Source of the DNA: Bdellovibrionales bacterium
GTDB lineage: Bacteria; Bdellovibrionota; Bdellovibrionia; Bdellovibrionales; UBA1609
Reading direction: 5' to 3'
NCBI GenBank assembly: GCA_965200875.1
Contig: OZ241456.1
Span: 1,696,001 to 1,760,000 of the forward strand
DNA: 64,000 bases
Notes under the pieces: generated by a model
What the model saw: only the letters and a program-made list of their open reading frames with translations
What the model was told of the DNA's origin: nothing
The model's database searches: none
Shown: positions 19,928 to 28,542 of the stretch, piece after piece
How the letters are laid out: each line of letters starts with the position of its first letter
Numbering within the stretch: position 1 is the stretch's first letter
Position numbers and translations under genes: made by a program

Positions 19928-21148
19928 TCAGGTAAAAACATCCTGTACCCATCTTTTAATTTTTAAAGCTCTGCCATCTGGATAATGCGAACGATAATCC
20001 AATGTTTTTTCGTTTTGAGTATAGCATAAAATTCCTAAAGCTGTTGCAAACTCATTCTTGTTTTCAATTTCACTAAGGCCAGGAAACTGTTTGATAATTG
20101 CTTTTTTTACAGGTTTTTCCATAAGAGCACGTCCTGTTTCTGCAAGGCCTTTTAAAGAGCTTCCTCCTCCTGTTAAAATGAAACCTTCCTCCAGACGATT
20201 GAAATAAGCCAAAGATTCCAATTGGGCTTTTGCGGATTCAAAAAGCAGTTCCGCCCGTGCGGTTAAAATGGCATTTATTTTTTCCAGACTGGTATTAATT
20301 TCCCATTTTTTCAGTTCTTCTAGGGTTTTATCGTTATCCCATTCAGTACCCCGTAAAATATTTCCATATTCTTTTTTTATGTGTTCAGCTATGTCTCTGG
20401 GTATTTTTAATTCCGCCATCAGGTCATGTGTAAAATCCTCTCCCCCTATGGGCAGAAGGCCAATATAATGAACGCGAGAATTAATCACGACGGTAAAGCA
20501 GGTTTGGTCTTGTCCAATATCTAGGACACATATCCCGGATTTTTTTTCACTTTCATTTAATAGGGATAAACTGGTCGCGAAAGGTTGCAGTACAAGACCT
20601 TTTGCGGAATAGCCGGCATACCGTAAACATTGAAGTGCATTTTGCACATTGGTTTCCGGGACAGAGATCATGATCACAGAGGTTTCCAGTCGCAAACCGG
20701 ATAAACCCAAAGGATTAAAAAAAGGACCTTCTCTATCTACCGTAAAGCTTTTAGGAAGAACATGTAACAAACGATGATTAGTGGGCAGAGGAACCGCTTT
20801 TGCCGTTTCCACCGCTTTATTCAGATCATCAAGAGTAACTTGGCCAGAGGATATAATAGACATTCCCTGTGAGGAAAAAGTGTGATAATCCCCGCTGATT
20901 CCCAAAAAGATCTGGGAAACTTGCAACCCCGCCATGACCTCAGCCTCTTCTATGGCTTGTTGAAGAGCACCAGCAGTTTCTTTCATATTGACAATACGCC
21001 CTTTATAAAGCCCCTTATGAGGAACACGGGAAGTTCCCTCCAAAGTAAGAGAACCGGAAGAAAGAGAACCAATCAGACATCTAACACTTACAGCACCTAA
21101 ATCAATGCCTGCAACTGCTTTTTTGTCTTCAATGTTAAAACGGCCCAT
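19928..21148 (-). CDS. ftsA: Cell division protein FtsA
   Basis: GIDLG, VLDIG, GGEDFT, LTGGGS; position between ftsQ and ftsZ. Confidence 0.95.
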   Translation of the reverse strand: MGRFNIEDKKAVAGIDLGAVSVRCLIGSLSSGSLTLEGTSRVPHKGLYKGRIVNMKETAGALQQAIEEAEVMAGLQVSQIFLGISGDYHTFSSQGMSIISSGQVTLDDLNKAVETAKAVPLPTNHRLLHVLPKSFTVDREGPFFNPLGLSGLRLETSVIMISVPETNVQNALQCLRYAGYSAKGLVLQPFATSLSLLNESEKKSGICVLDIGQDQTCFTVVINSRVHYIGLLPIGGEDFTHDLMAELKIPRDIAEHIKKEYGNILRGTEWDNDKTLEELKKWEINTSLEKINAILTARAELLFESAKAQLESLAYFNRLEEGFILTGGGSSLKGLAETGRALMEKPVKKAIIKQFPGLSEIENKNEFATALGILCYTQNEKTLDYRSHYPDGRALKIKRWVQDVFT

Positions 21149-21180
21149 AAATAAAATATCCTTATTGGTTTTTTTTAAGG

Positions 21181-21930
21181 TTAGATGGCCTTGCCTGTAC
21201 TCACAACAATTTTTTGAGAGAATCGTGCATCAATAACGCGCCATTTAATATTTTTTTGATTCAAATACCTTAAGACGCTATCAATTCTTTTGTTTTTTAG
21301 TTGCGTTGGGTCATAACCGGCTTTTATAGGCTTTCCATTTTTGGATAAAATGAAAGTCAGACTTTTTTCCTGATGGGAGTATTTTATTTCTGAAATCTCC
21401 TGACGGCTAAAAGCCCCTTGTTCCGGCATAATGGAAAGAAAGCGAATAGCTTGTTCCCGGATTTTACTTTGTGTTAAAAAAACCGCTCCTCTCAATATAG
21501 GGAGGTCGGGAATCTGGTTAAAAGACAGGGGAGCTAGTATTTGTCCACTCATGGAGAGAGGGTGTATTTTTTCGCTGGAAGGGTTTAAAAACACCAATAA
21601 AGGCCTTCTGGGCTTTATTTGCACAAAAAAACGGTTGGGAAACAATCTAAGTATTTTTACCTCACCCACTCTGGGTTCGGAAACAAGCACCTGCATTAAA
21701 TCCTCCAGAGAAACTTGCCATAATTTTCTTCCAATAAACGGTCTTAGTTTTTTAGATAACAGAGATTGGATCTTATTTTTAGGGCTTTCCCATACGGGTG
21801 ATTCTTCAAGCTTCAGCTGAATTTCCCCAACAATAAACCATTTATGCAATCCATAAAAGGAAAATCCCAGCAAAAACAAAACCACTGAAATCAATACAAT
21901 ACTTATTACATATTTGTTGAGGATTTTCAT
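21181..21930 (-). CDS. ftsQ: Cell division protein FtsQ/DivIB
   Basis: N-terminal TM, POTRA-like region, C-terminal IDARF; synteny. Confidence 0.85.
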   Translation of the reverse strand: MKILNKYVISIVLISVVLFLLGFSFYGLHKWFIVGEIQLKLEESPVWESPKNKIQSLLSKKLRPFIGRKLWQVSLEDLMQVLVSEPRVGEVKILRLFPNRFFVQIKPRRPLLVFLNPSSEKIHPLSMSGQILAPLSFNQIPDLPILRGAVFLTQSKIREQAIRFLSIMPEQGAFSRQEISEIKYSHQEKSLTFILSKNGKPIKAGYDPTQLKNKRIDSVLRYLNQKNIKWRVIDARFSQKIVVSTGKAI

Positions 21931-22022
21931 ATTTTTTAACCTCTTTGGTTTAAGGACCATATATTTATTTTTATTCCACAGTTCATGGGAATCAGCAAGT
22001 CCATCGGTAAAAAGAATTTTCT

Positions 22023-22952
22023 TTATCTGTAGTCCAAGGAAGCACCTTCCAGAATTTTTAATATCAGATTATTAAAATCAATGCCTTCATGTTTTGCCGA
22101 CTTAGGGAGTAGGGAATGAGTGGTAAGTCCTGGAAGAGTGTTGATTTCTGTTAACAGAGGATTGGCGCAGTGCTCCACAATAAAATCCACCCGGCAATAA
22201 GTTCTAACATCTGAAAGGCTGGCGGTTTTACAGGCTATATCCTTACATTTTTTTAAGGTTTTTTTATCCAGCCCGGGAGGAAGGATATATTGTGTTTTTT
22301 TTGATTTGTATTTACTGTTGTAGTCGTAAAATCCCTCTTCCGGTAAAATTTCCACGGGAGTAAGAGCTTTTCCTTTGAGAACAGACACGGCTATTTCCAT
22401 TCCTTCAATGTAGGATTCCACCAAAATTTTTTTGTCATATTGTAAGGCCATTTTGAGAGCTGGTTCCACTTCCTTCTTTTTTTTGCAAATGCCAATACCC
22501 AAAGTGGAACCTTCTCTGGCAGGTTTTATAACAAAAGGCAGGGGAAGAGTGATTTGTGCCTCTTTTTCGCTTTGCTTTTCCAAATTCAAATTTTGATAGC
22601 GAGGAGTGGGGATATTCCATTTTTTGATATAATCCTTGAAAAAACACTTATCCATACAAAGGGTACTGGCTAATACTCCACTTCCTGTATAAGGGATTTT
22701 TAAATATTCAAAAATTCCTTGTAAAGTGCCGTCTTCCGCGTATTTTCCATGAACAGCTAGAAATGCCATGTCCGGTTTTAAAACAGATAATTTTTTTAAG
22801 AGATTTTTGTCAGCGAAAATAGTCGCATAATGTATATTCAGCTCTTTAAACGCCTGCGACACGGCCCGAGCGGACATAAGGCTTATTTCATTTTCTGCCC
22901 CCAGACCTCCCTGGACAAGGGCTATTGTTTTTTTTTTATATCTCTGAGTCAT
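22023..22952 (-). CDS. ddl: D-alanine--D-alanine ligase
   Basis: HGKYAEDG, KPAREGS, EINTLPG. Confidence 0.96.
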   Translation of the reverse strand: MTQRYKKKTIALVQGGLGAENEISLMSARAVSQAFKELNIHYATIFADKNLLKKLSVLKPDMAFLAVHGKYAEDGTLQGIFEYLKIPYTGSGVLASTLCMDKCFFKDYIKKWNIPTPRYQNLNLEKQSEKEAQITLPLPFVIKPAREGSTLGIGICKKKKEVEPALKMALQYDKKILVESYIEGMEIAVSVLKGKALTPVEILPEEGFYDYNSKYKSKKTQYILPPGLDKKTLKKCKDIACKTASLSDVRTYCRVDFIVEHCANPLLTEINTLPGLTTHSLLPKSAKHEGIDFNNLILKILEGASLDYR

Positions 22953-23062
22953 GTTCTTCAGTCTATCAGTTTGTTGGGATTTTTTTCAGATTTTTTTAGC
23001 TAAACCGGCCTTGAAAAAATCCCTTTGGCGGGCCTGAAAACCTTTTATTATAAGGGGGGATC

Positions 23063-23572
23063 TTACCATTTAGATATCCAGCCAACAAACCAGATATTTC
23101 CAAAGAGATCATGGCAGTTACAAGGCTCTCCCACTGGTCTGATATTTGTTGCACAATAGAACACACCTTGTCGGCAGATAGCACTCCATTCCAGTGGCAC
23201 CACTGGCACTATAGGCCCTATTATAATTGGTGGGTTATAATTATGACTGTGAGGGTGGGTATGGTGGTGGTAGTGTCCACTGCAACCATCGTGACCGCCG
23301 TGGTATCTTCTACAGCTTCCATGAGCCAGCTTTATTTCTTCTTCTGTTTGTTGTTTTAATGTATCCTCTGTATTCTCGAAATACCTTGGATCATCATCTT
23401 CGTATAGCTCATCTCCCATTGTATGCAGTGGGGCAGTTTCTACAACAGCAGGCAGATTTTCTGCGTCTGTATCGTGAAATCTCACTTCCACCATGCCACC
23501 AGCTTGAGCTGGAGAGTAACCAAATTGGATATAAATCAAGGTGATAAATAAAAACAAACCGGTTTTTTTCAT
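23063..23572 (-). CDS. Hypothetical secreted His-rich, Cys-containing protein
   Basis: Signal peptide, His-rich tract, C-terminal CRQGVFYC...PCNC; AAGGAG RBS. Confidence 0.7.
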   Translation of the reverse strand: MKKTGLFLFITLIYIQFGYSPAQAGGMVEVRFHDTDAENLPAVVETAPLHTMGDELYEDDDPRYFENTEDTLKQQTEEEIKLAHGSCRRYHGGHDGCSGHYHHHTHPHSHNYNPPIIIGPIVPVVPLEWSAICRQGVFYCATNIRPVGEPCNCHDLFGNIWFVGWISKW

Positions 23573-23907
23573 ATTTTAACTCCTTTTATGAACTTTGACT
23601 CCACTGCCAGAAAAAATCCATAAATTTTCCGGAAGAGAATTTTTTATACATTATTTTTTTATAAACTGCCAGTTTATATTAAAAATAATTTTAGTATGGA
23701 AACTCTTTGAGTGTACTTTTTTCACCTTTGTTTATTATTTGTTCGTTACCCAATCACCCGAAAGCGATGGTTTTGACTATTGTCACATTATCTGAATATC
23801 CAAAAACCTCTAAAGGATGATATAAAAGCCTTCAGTCAGGTATAATGCGAATTTCTGGAAATCTGATTTTCATATTCCTATTTTGAGGATTTAAAAAAAG
23901 TAAGGAA

Positions 23908-24629
23908 TCAAAAAGATAGTTTTGTATTATTATCTGAATCTTTATATCGCTTTAATGCGTCTTCTGTAATATTTATATTAATTTTGCTTTCTGTTTTTTT
24001 CTTAATAGTTTTGAAAAAGTGTCGATACTTGTAATTTATTTTACAAATTAAAGTGTGTTCCCCATCCTCCATTTTAATATTGGATAAAATATCAGTGGAA
24101 TGTTTATTTAAAGCATCATTAAGAAACTTTTGTTTTTGTGATTTTTCTTTTTCAGTGCTTGTTGAAGGGGAATAAATAAACTTTTTATAATTTTCATATA
24201 ATTCTTGCCAAACTTTATTAATACTTTCTTTACTTCCTGTAATACAACATTGTATTAAAAGCTCTTTGCTTTCATCAGGTTTTAATAAAAACTCTGGGCT
24301 GGATTTTGGCAAATAAAAAGAAGCTACAGAAACTTCATTGACTGTGATTAAGAATCCAAAAGTTCTTTTAGAGGTTTATCATTTAAAGAAACTTCAGAAA
24401 CAATGCAGTTATTTTTGTCTACATAAAGTTTTTTGACCATTACATTTTCATTCCAAATTAAACTTTGAAATTTATCTTTGCTGGATAAAATATTAAGGTC
24501 TTTAATTCTTATGGGGCGATCTTCTTCTGCCGTCATAAAAATACTTCCGCTGATGATTTGGTTGACAAGCATTTTTTCTGGTTGCCTTTCAAACAAAGCA
24601 TTTAAGTTTTGTACACTTCTTGATTTCAT
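23908..24629 (-). pseudogene. Probable frameshifted orphan gene (two overlapping-frame ORFs)
   Basis: ORF 24348-24629; the frame of ORF 23908-24312 is open from ~24375, overlapping the first ORF's stop; very AT-rich. Confidence 0.45.
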
Positions 24630-24922
24630 AATTAAACATATAATTTTTTAATGATTTAACTTCAAAAATTTAAAGCTTCAAAAGTGAATTGTCAAATAAT
24701 TTTTCTTTATAAATTACAAAAGTCCATGCTGTGCCCTTTAAAAAAGCAGTTTTTAAAGCATATTCCAGCCTTTCACCCCTGCTTTCAGTAAAACAAGCTT
24801 TTACAAGAACAAACCTTTGGCCGGAACAACAGTAAAAAAACAAGCAACAGTAAAAAAACAAGAAAGCTAAAGATAACTATACTCTACTCTTTTTAAAAAA
24901 ATCAGCATAGGGGGAGAGGTAG

Positions 24923-24987
24923 CTCTGTAACAACTCTCAGGAAAGGTTTGAAATAGCAGGGGCTACTCTGTAACAACTCTCAGGAAA
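24923..24987 (+). repeat. Two 22-bp direct repeats CTCTGTAACAACTCTCAGGAAA
   Basis: Identical copies at 24923-24944 and 24966-24987. Confidence 0.85.
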
Positions 24988-25051
24988 AGTCAGTAATAAG
25001 CTTCTTTTTGTAAAGCAACCGGTGTAACAAAACAACAGCAAAAAAACCAAC

Positions 25052-25080
25052 TTGACTTTTCGACTATCCTCTGATATTCA
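25052..25080 (+). promoter_or_regulatory. Sigma70-like promoter motif TTGACT-N-TGATATT, repeated before every array gene (also 25571, 26047, 26645, 27265, 27861)
   Basis: TTGACTTTTYGACTATCCTCTGATATTYA conserved in all six units. Confidence 0.55.
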
Positions 25081-25089
25081 TTACTCACT

Positions 25090-25446
25090 ATGGCTACTGC
25101 TTTAATCAAACAAGTGCAATATCTTAAAGAAAATGGCTTCACAGAACAACAAGCCAATACCTTGATCTATTTCCAAAGAGATCATATTGAACATGTAATG
25201 GCCACTAAGAAAGACCTCGCTGAAGTTCACGCCAACTTAAAAAAAGATATCGAGTATGTCAAAAAAGACATCGAACAACTGCGCGCCGATACCAAAAAAG
25301 ACATCGCAGAGGTCAAAAAAGAGATCGAACTTCTGCGCACGGAAACTAAAAAAGATATGGCTCTCTTAAAAAAAGACATGATTTTAAAACTTTCTGCTAT
25401 CATGGGTAGTATGATTACCATCGCTTGTATCGTAATTAAACTTTAA
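25090..25446 (+). CDS. DUF1640/CCDC90-like coiled-coil membrane-anchored protein, copy 1 (stalk 7-11-7-11-7)
   Basis: LKENGFTEQQA head, MATKKDL neck, KDI repeats, C-terminal TM. Confidence 0.85.
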   Translation: MATALIKQVQYLKENGFTEQQANTLIYFQRDHIEHVMATKKDLAEVHANLKKDIEYVKKDIEQLRADTKKDIAEVKKEIELLRTETKKDMALLKKDMILKLSAIMGSMITIACIVIKL

Positions 25447-25457
25447 ACTAAGTGGTA

Positions 25458-25476
25458 AAAGTCAGCGACTGACTTT
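25458..25476. terminator. Hairpin AAAGTCAG-CGA-CTGACTTT after array copy 1
   Basis: Perfect 8-bp inverted repeat just downstream of the stop codon. Confidence 0.4.
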
Positions 25477-25608
25477 GACTATGTAAATTCTGCGCAGGAA
25501 AAGTCAACGACTGGTTTTTCTTGTAAAGCAACCGGTGTAACAAAACCACAACAACAGCAAAAAAATCAACTTGACTTTTCGACTATCCTCTGATATTCAT
25601 TACTCACT

Positions 25609-25950
25609 ATGGCTACTGCTTTAATCAAACAAGTGCAATATCTTAAAGAAAATGGCTTCACAGAACAACAAGCCAATACCCTGATCTATTTCCAAAGAGA
25701 TCATATTGAACATGTAATGGCCACTAAGAAAGACCTTGCTGAAGTACACGCCAACTTAAAAAAAGACATCGAGTATGTCAAAAAAGACATTGAATATCTG
25801 CGTATGGAAACTAAAAAAGATATTGAATATCTGCGCACGGAAACTAAAAAAGATATCGCAGAAATCAAAAAAGACTTGATACTAAAACTTTCAGTGATTA
25901 TGGGAAGTATGATTACCATTGCGGGGGTTCTCTTAGGATTCCTGAATTAA
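25609..25950 (+). CDS. DUF1640/CCDC90-like protein, copy 2 (stalk 7-11-11-7)
   Basis: Same head and neck; anchor LSVIMGSMITIAGVLLGFLN. Confidence 0.85.
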   Translation: MATALIKQVQYLKENGFTEQQANTLIYFQRDHIEHVMATKKDLAEVHANLKKDIEYVKKDIEYLRMETKKDIEYLRTETKKDIAEIKKDLILKLSVIMGSMITIAGVLLGFLN

Positions 25951-26119
25951 ACTTTAATCTGATTGATAAACAACTGGCTTTTGTTCTAAAACAACATCTA
26001 AAAACCTCTAAAAAATGGGTAACAAAACCACAGCAAAAAAATCAACTTGACTTTTTGACTATCCTCTGATATTTATTTGCTTGTATCGTAATTAAACTTT
26101 AAACTAAGTGGGAAAATCT

Positions 26120-26548
26120 ATGAGTCAAGCTTTAATCAAACAAGTGCAATATCTCAAAGAAAATGGCTTCACAGAACAACAAGCCAATACCCTGATCTAT
26201 TTCCAAAGAGATCATATTGAACATGTAATGGCCACTAAGAAAGACCTCGCTGAAGTACACGCCAACTTAAAAAAAGACATCGAGTATGTCAAAAAAGACA
26301 TTGAATATCTGCGTACGGAAACTAAAAAAGACATTGAATATCTGCGTACGGAAACTAAAAAAGACATTGAATATCTGCGTACGGAAACTAAAAAAGATAT
26401 CGCAGAAATCAAAAAAGATATTGAATATCTGCGCACGGAAACTAAAAAAGATATCGCAGAAATCAAAAAAGACTTGATACTAAAACTTTCAGTGATTATG
26501 GGAAGTATGATTACCATTGCGGGGGTTCTCTTAGGATTCCTGAATTAA
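26120..26548 (+). CDS. DUF1640/CCDC90-like protein, copy 3 (stalk 7-11-11-11-7-11-7)
   Basis: As above; ATG start MSQALIK aligned with copies 1-2. Confidence 0.85.
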   Translation: MSQALIKQVQYLKENGFTEQQANTLIYFQRDHIEHVMATKKDLAEVHANLKKDIEYVKKDIEYLRTETKKDIEYLRTETKKDIEYLRTETKKDIAEIKKDIEYLRTETKKDIAEIKKDLILKLSVIMGSMITIAGVLLGFLN

Positions 26549-26717
26549 ACTTTAATCTGATTGATAAACAACTGGCTTTTGTTCTAAAACAACATCTAAA
26601 AACCTCTAAAAAATGGGTAACAAAACCACAGCAAAAAAATCAACTTGACTTTTCGACTATCCTCTGATATTCATTTGCTTGTATCGTAATTAAACTTTAA
26701 ACTAAGTGGGAAAATCT

Positions 26718-27167
26718 ATGAGTCAAGCTTTAATCAAACAAGTGCAATATCTTAAAGAAAATGGCTTCACAGAACAACAAGCCAATACCCTGATCTATTT
26801 CCAAAGAGATCATATTGAACATGTAATGGCCACCAAGAAAGACTTAGCTGAAGTTCACGCCAACTTAAAAAAAGACATCGAGTATGTCAAAAAAGACATC
26901 GAACAACTGCGCGCCGATACCAAAAAAGATATCGCAGAGGTCAAAAAAGACATTGAATATCTCCGTACGGAAACTAAAAAAGATATTGAATATCTGCGTA
27001 CGGAAACTAAAAAAGATATCGCAGAAATCAAAAAAGACATTGAATATCTGCGCACGGAAACTAAAAAAGATATCGCAGAAATCAAAAAAGACTTGATACT
27101 AAAACTTTCAGTGATTATGGGAAGTATGATTACCATTGCGGGGGTTCTCTTAGGATTCCTGAATTAA
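26718..27167 (+). CDS. DUF1640/CCDC90-like protein, copy 4 (stalk 7-11-7-11-11-7-11-7)
   Basis: As above. Confidence 0.85.
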   Translation: MSQALIKQVQYLKENGFTEQQANTLIYFQRDHIEHVMATKKDLAEVHANLKKDIEYVKKDIEQLRADTKKDIAEVKKDIEYLRTETKKDIEYLRTETKKDIAEIKKDIEYLRTETKKDIAEIKKDLILKLSVIMGSMITIAGVLLGFLN

Positions 27168-27356
27168 ACTTTAATCTGATTGATAAACAACTGGCTTTTG
27201 TTCTAAAACAACATCTAAAAACCTCTAAAGAATGGGTAATAAAATCACAACAATAAAAACCAACTTGACTTTTTGACTATCCTCTGATATTTATTTGCTT
27301 GTATCGTAATTAAACTTTAAACTAAGTATTAAACTTTAAACTAAGTGGGAAAATCT

Positions 27357-27764
27357 ATGAGTCAAGCTTTAATCAAACAAGTGCAATATCTTAAAGAAAA
27401 TGGCTTCACAGAACAACAAGCCAATACCCTGATCTATTTCCAAAGAGATCATATCGAACATGTAATGGCCACTAAGAAAGACCTCGCTGAAGTACACGCC
27501 AACTTAAAAAAAGACATCGAGTATGTCAAAAAAGACATTGAATATCTGCGTACGGAAACTAAAAAAGACATCGAACTTCTGCGCACGGAAACTAAAAAAG
27601 ACATTGAATATCTGCGCACGGAAACTAAAAAAGATATTGAATATCTGCGCACGGAAACTAAAAAAGATATCGCAGAAATCAAAAAAGACTTGATACTAAA
27701 ACTTTCAGTGATTATGGGAAGTATGATTACCATTGCGGGGGTTCTCTTAGGATTCCTGAATTAA
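27357..27764 (+). CDS. DUF1640/CCDC90-like protein, copy 5 (stalk 7-11-11-11-11-7)
   Basis: As above. Confidence 0.85.
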   Translation: MSQALIKQVQYLKENGFTEQQANTLIYFQRDHIEHVMATKKDLAEVHANLKKDIEYVKKDIEYLRTETKKDIELLRTETKKDIEYLRTETKKDIEYLRTETKKDIAEIKKDLILKLSVIMGSMITIAGVLLGFLN

Positions 27765-27933
27765 ACTTTAATCTGATTGATAAACAACTGGCTTTTGTTC
27801 TAAAACAACATCTAAAAACCTCTAAAAAATGGGTAACAAAACCACAGCAAAAAAATCAACTTGACTTTTCGACTATCCTCTGATATTCATTTGCTTGTAT
27901 CGTAATTAAACTTTAAACTAAGTGGGAAAATCT

Positions 27934-28404
27934 ATGAGTCAAGCTTTAATCAAACAAGTGCAATATCTTAAAGAAAATGGCTTCACAGAACAACAAGCCA
28001 ATACCCTGATCTATTTCCAAAGAGATCATATTGAACATGTAATGGCCACCAAGAAAGACTTAGCTGAAGTTCACGCCAACTTAAAAAAAGACATCGAGTA
28101 TGTCAAAAAAGACATCGAACAACTGCGCGCCGATACCAAAAAAGATATCGCAGAGGTCAAAAAAGACATTGAATATGTTAAAAAAGATATCGAACTTCTG
28201 CGCACGGAAACTAAAAAAGACATTGAATATCTGCGCACGGAAACTAAAAAAGATATCGCAGAAATCAAAAAAGACATTGAATATCTGCGCACGGAAACTA
28301 AAAAAGATATCGCAGAAATCAAAAAAGACTTGATACTAAAACTTTCAGTGATTATGGGAAGTATGATTACCATTGCGGGAGTTCTCTTAGGATTCCTGAA
28401 TTAA
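27934..28404 (+). CDS. DUF1640/CCDC90-like protein, copy 6 (stalk 7-11-7-7-11-11-7-11-7)
   Basis: As above. Confidence 0.85.
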   Translation: MSQALIKQVQYLKENGFTEQQANTLIYFQRDHIEHVMATKKDLAEVHANLKKDIEYVKKDIEQLRADTKKDIAEVKKDIEYVKKDIELLRTETKKDIEYLRTETKKDIAEIKKDIEYLRTETKKDIAEIKKDLILKLSVIMGSMITIAGVLLGFLN

Positions 28405-28471
28405 ACTTTAATCTGATTGATAAACAACTGGCTTTTGTTCTAAAACAACATCTAAAAACCTCTAAAAAACG

Positions 28472-28502
28472 AAAAAACCCGTCTGAGATAGACAGGCTTT
28501 TT
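28472..28502. terminator. Putative bidirectional intrinsic terminator
   Basis: AAAAAACCCGTCT-GAGAT-AGACAGGCTTTTT imperfect hairpin flanked by A/T runs between convergent genes. Confidence 0.55.
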
Positions 28503-28542
28503 CACAACAATGGAATTTATAAAATAAGAACAAAAATAAAGC

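Larger units (their letters stand above)
25052..28469 (+). repeat. Tandem array of six ~0.5-0.64 kb promoter+gene units
   Basis: Near-identical upstream motif, gene head and anchor in each unit; downstream spacer shared by copies 2-6. Confidence 0.95.

Noticed and set aside
24923..24987. Mini-CRISPR (22-bp repeats with 21-bp spacer)
   Set aside because: Only two repeats, short spacer, no cas genes
25227..28373. Antisense and alternate-frame ORFs over the DUF1640 genes
   Set aside because: Shadows of the repetitive coding sequence
25090..28404. Diversity-generating retroelement or shufflon explanation for the array
   Set aside because: No reverse transcriptase, no adenine-specific variation, no inverted cassettes or adjacent invertase; variation is module copy number
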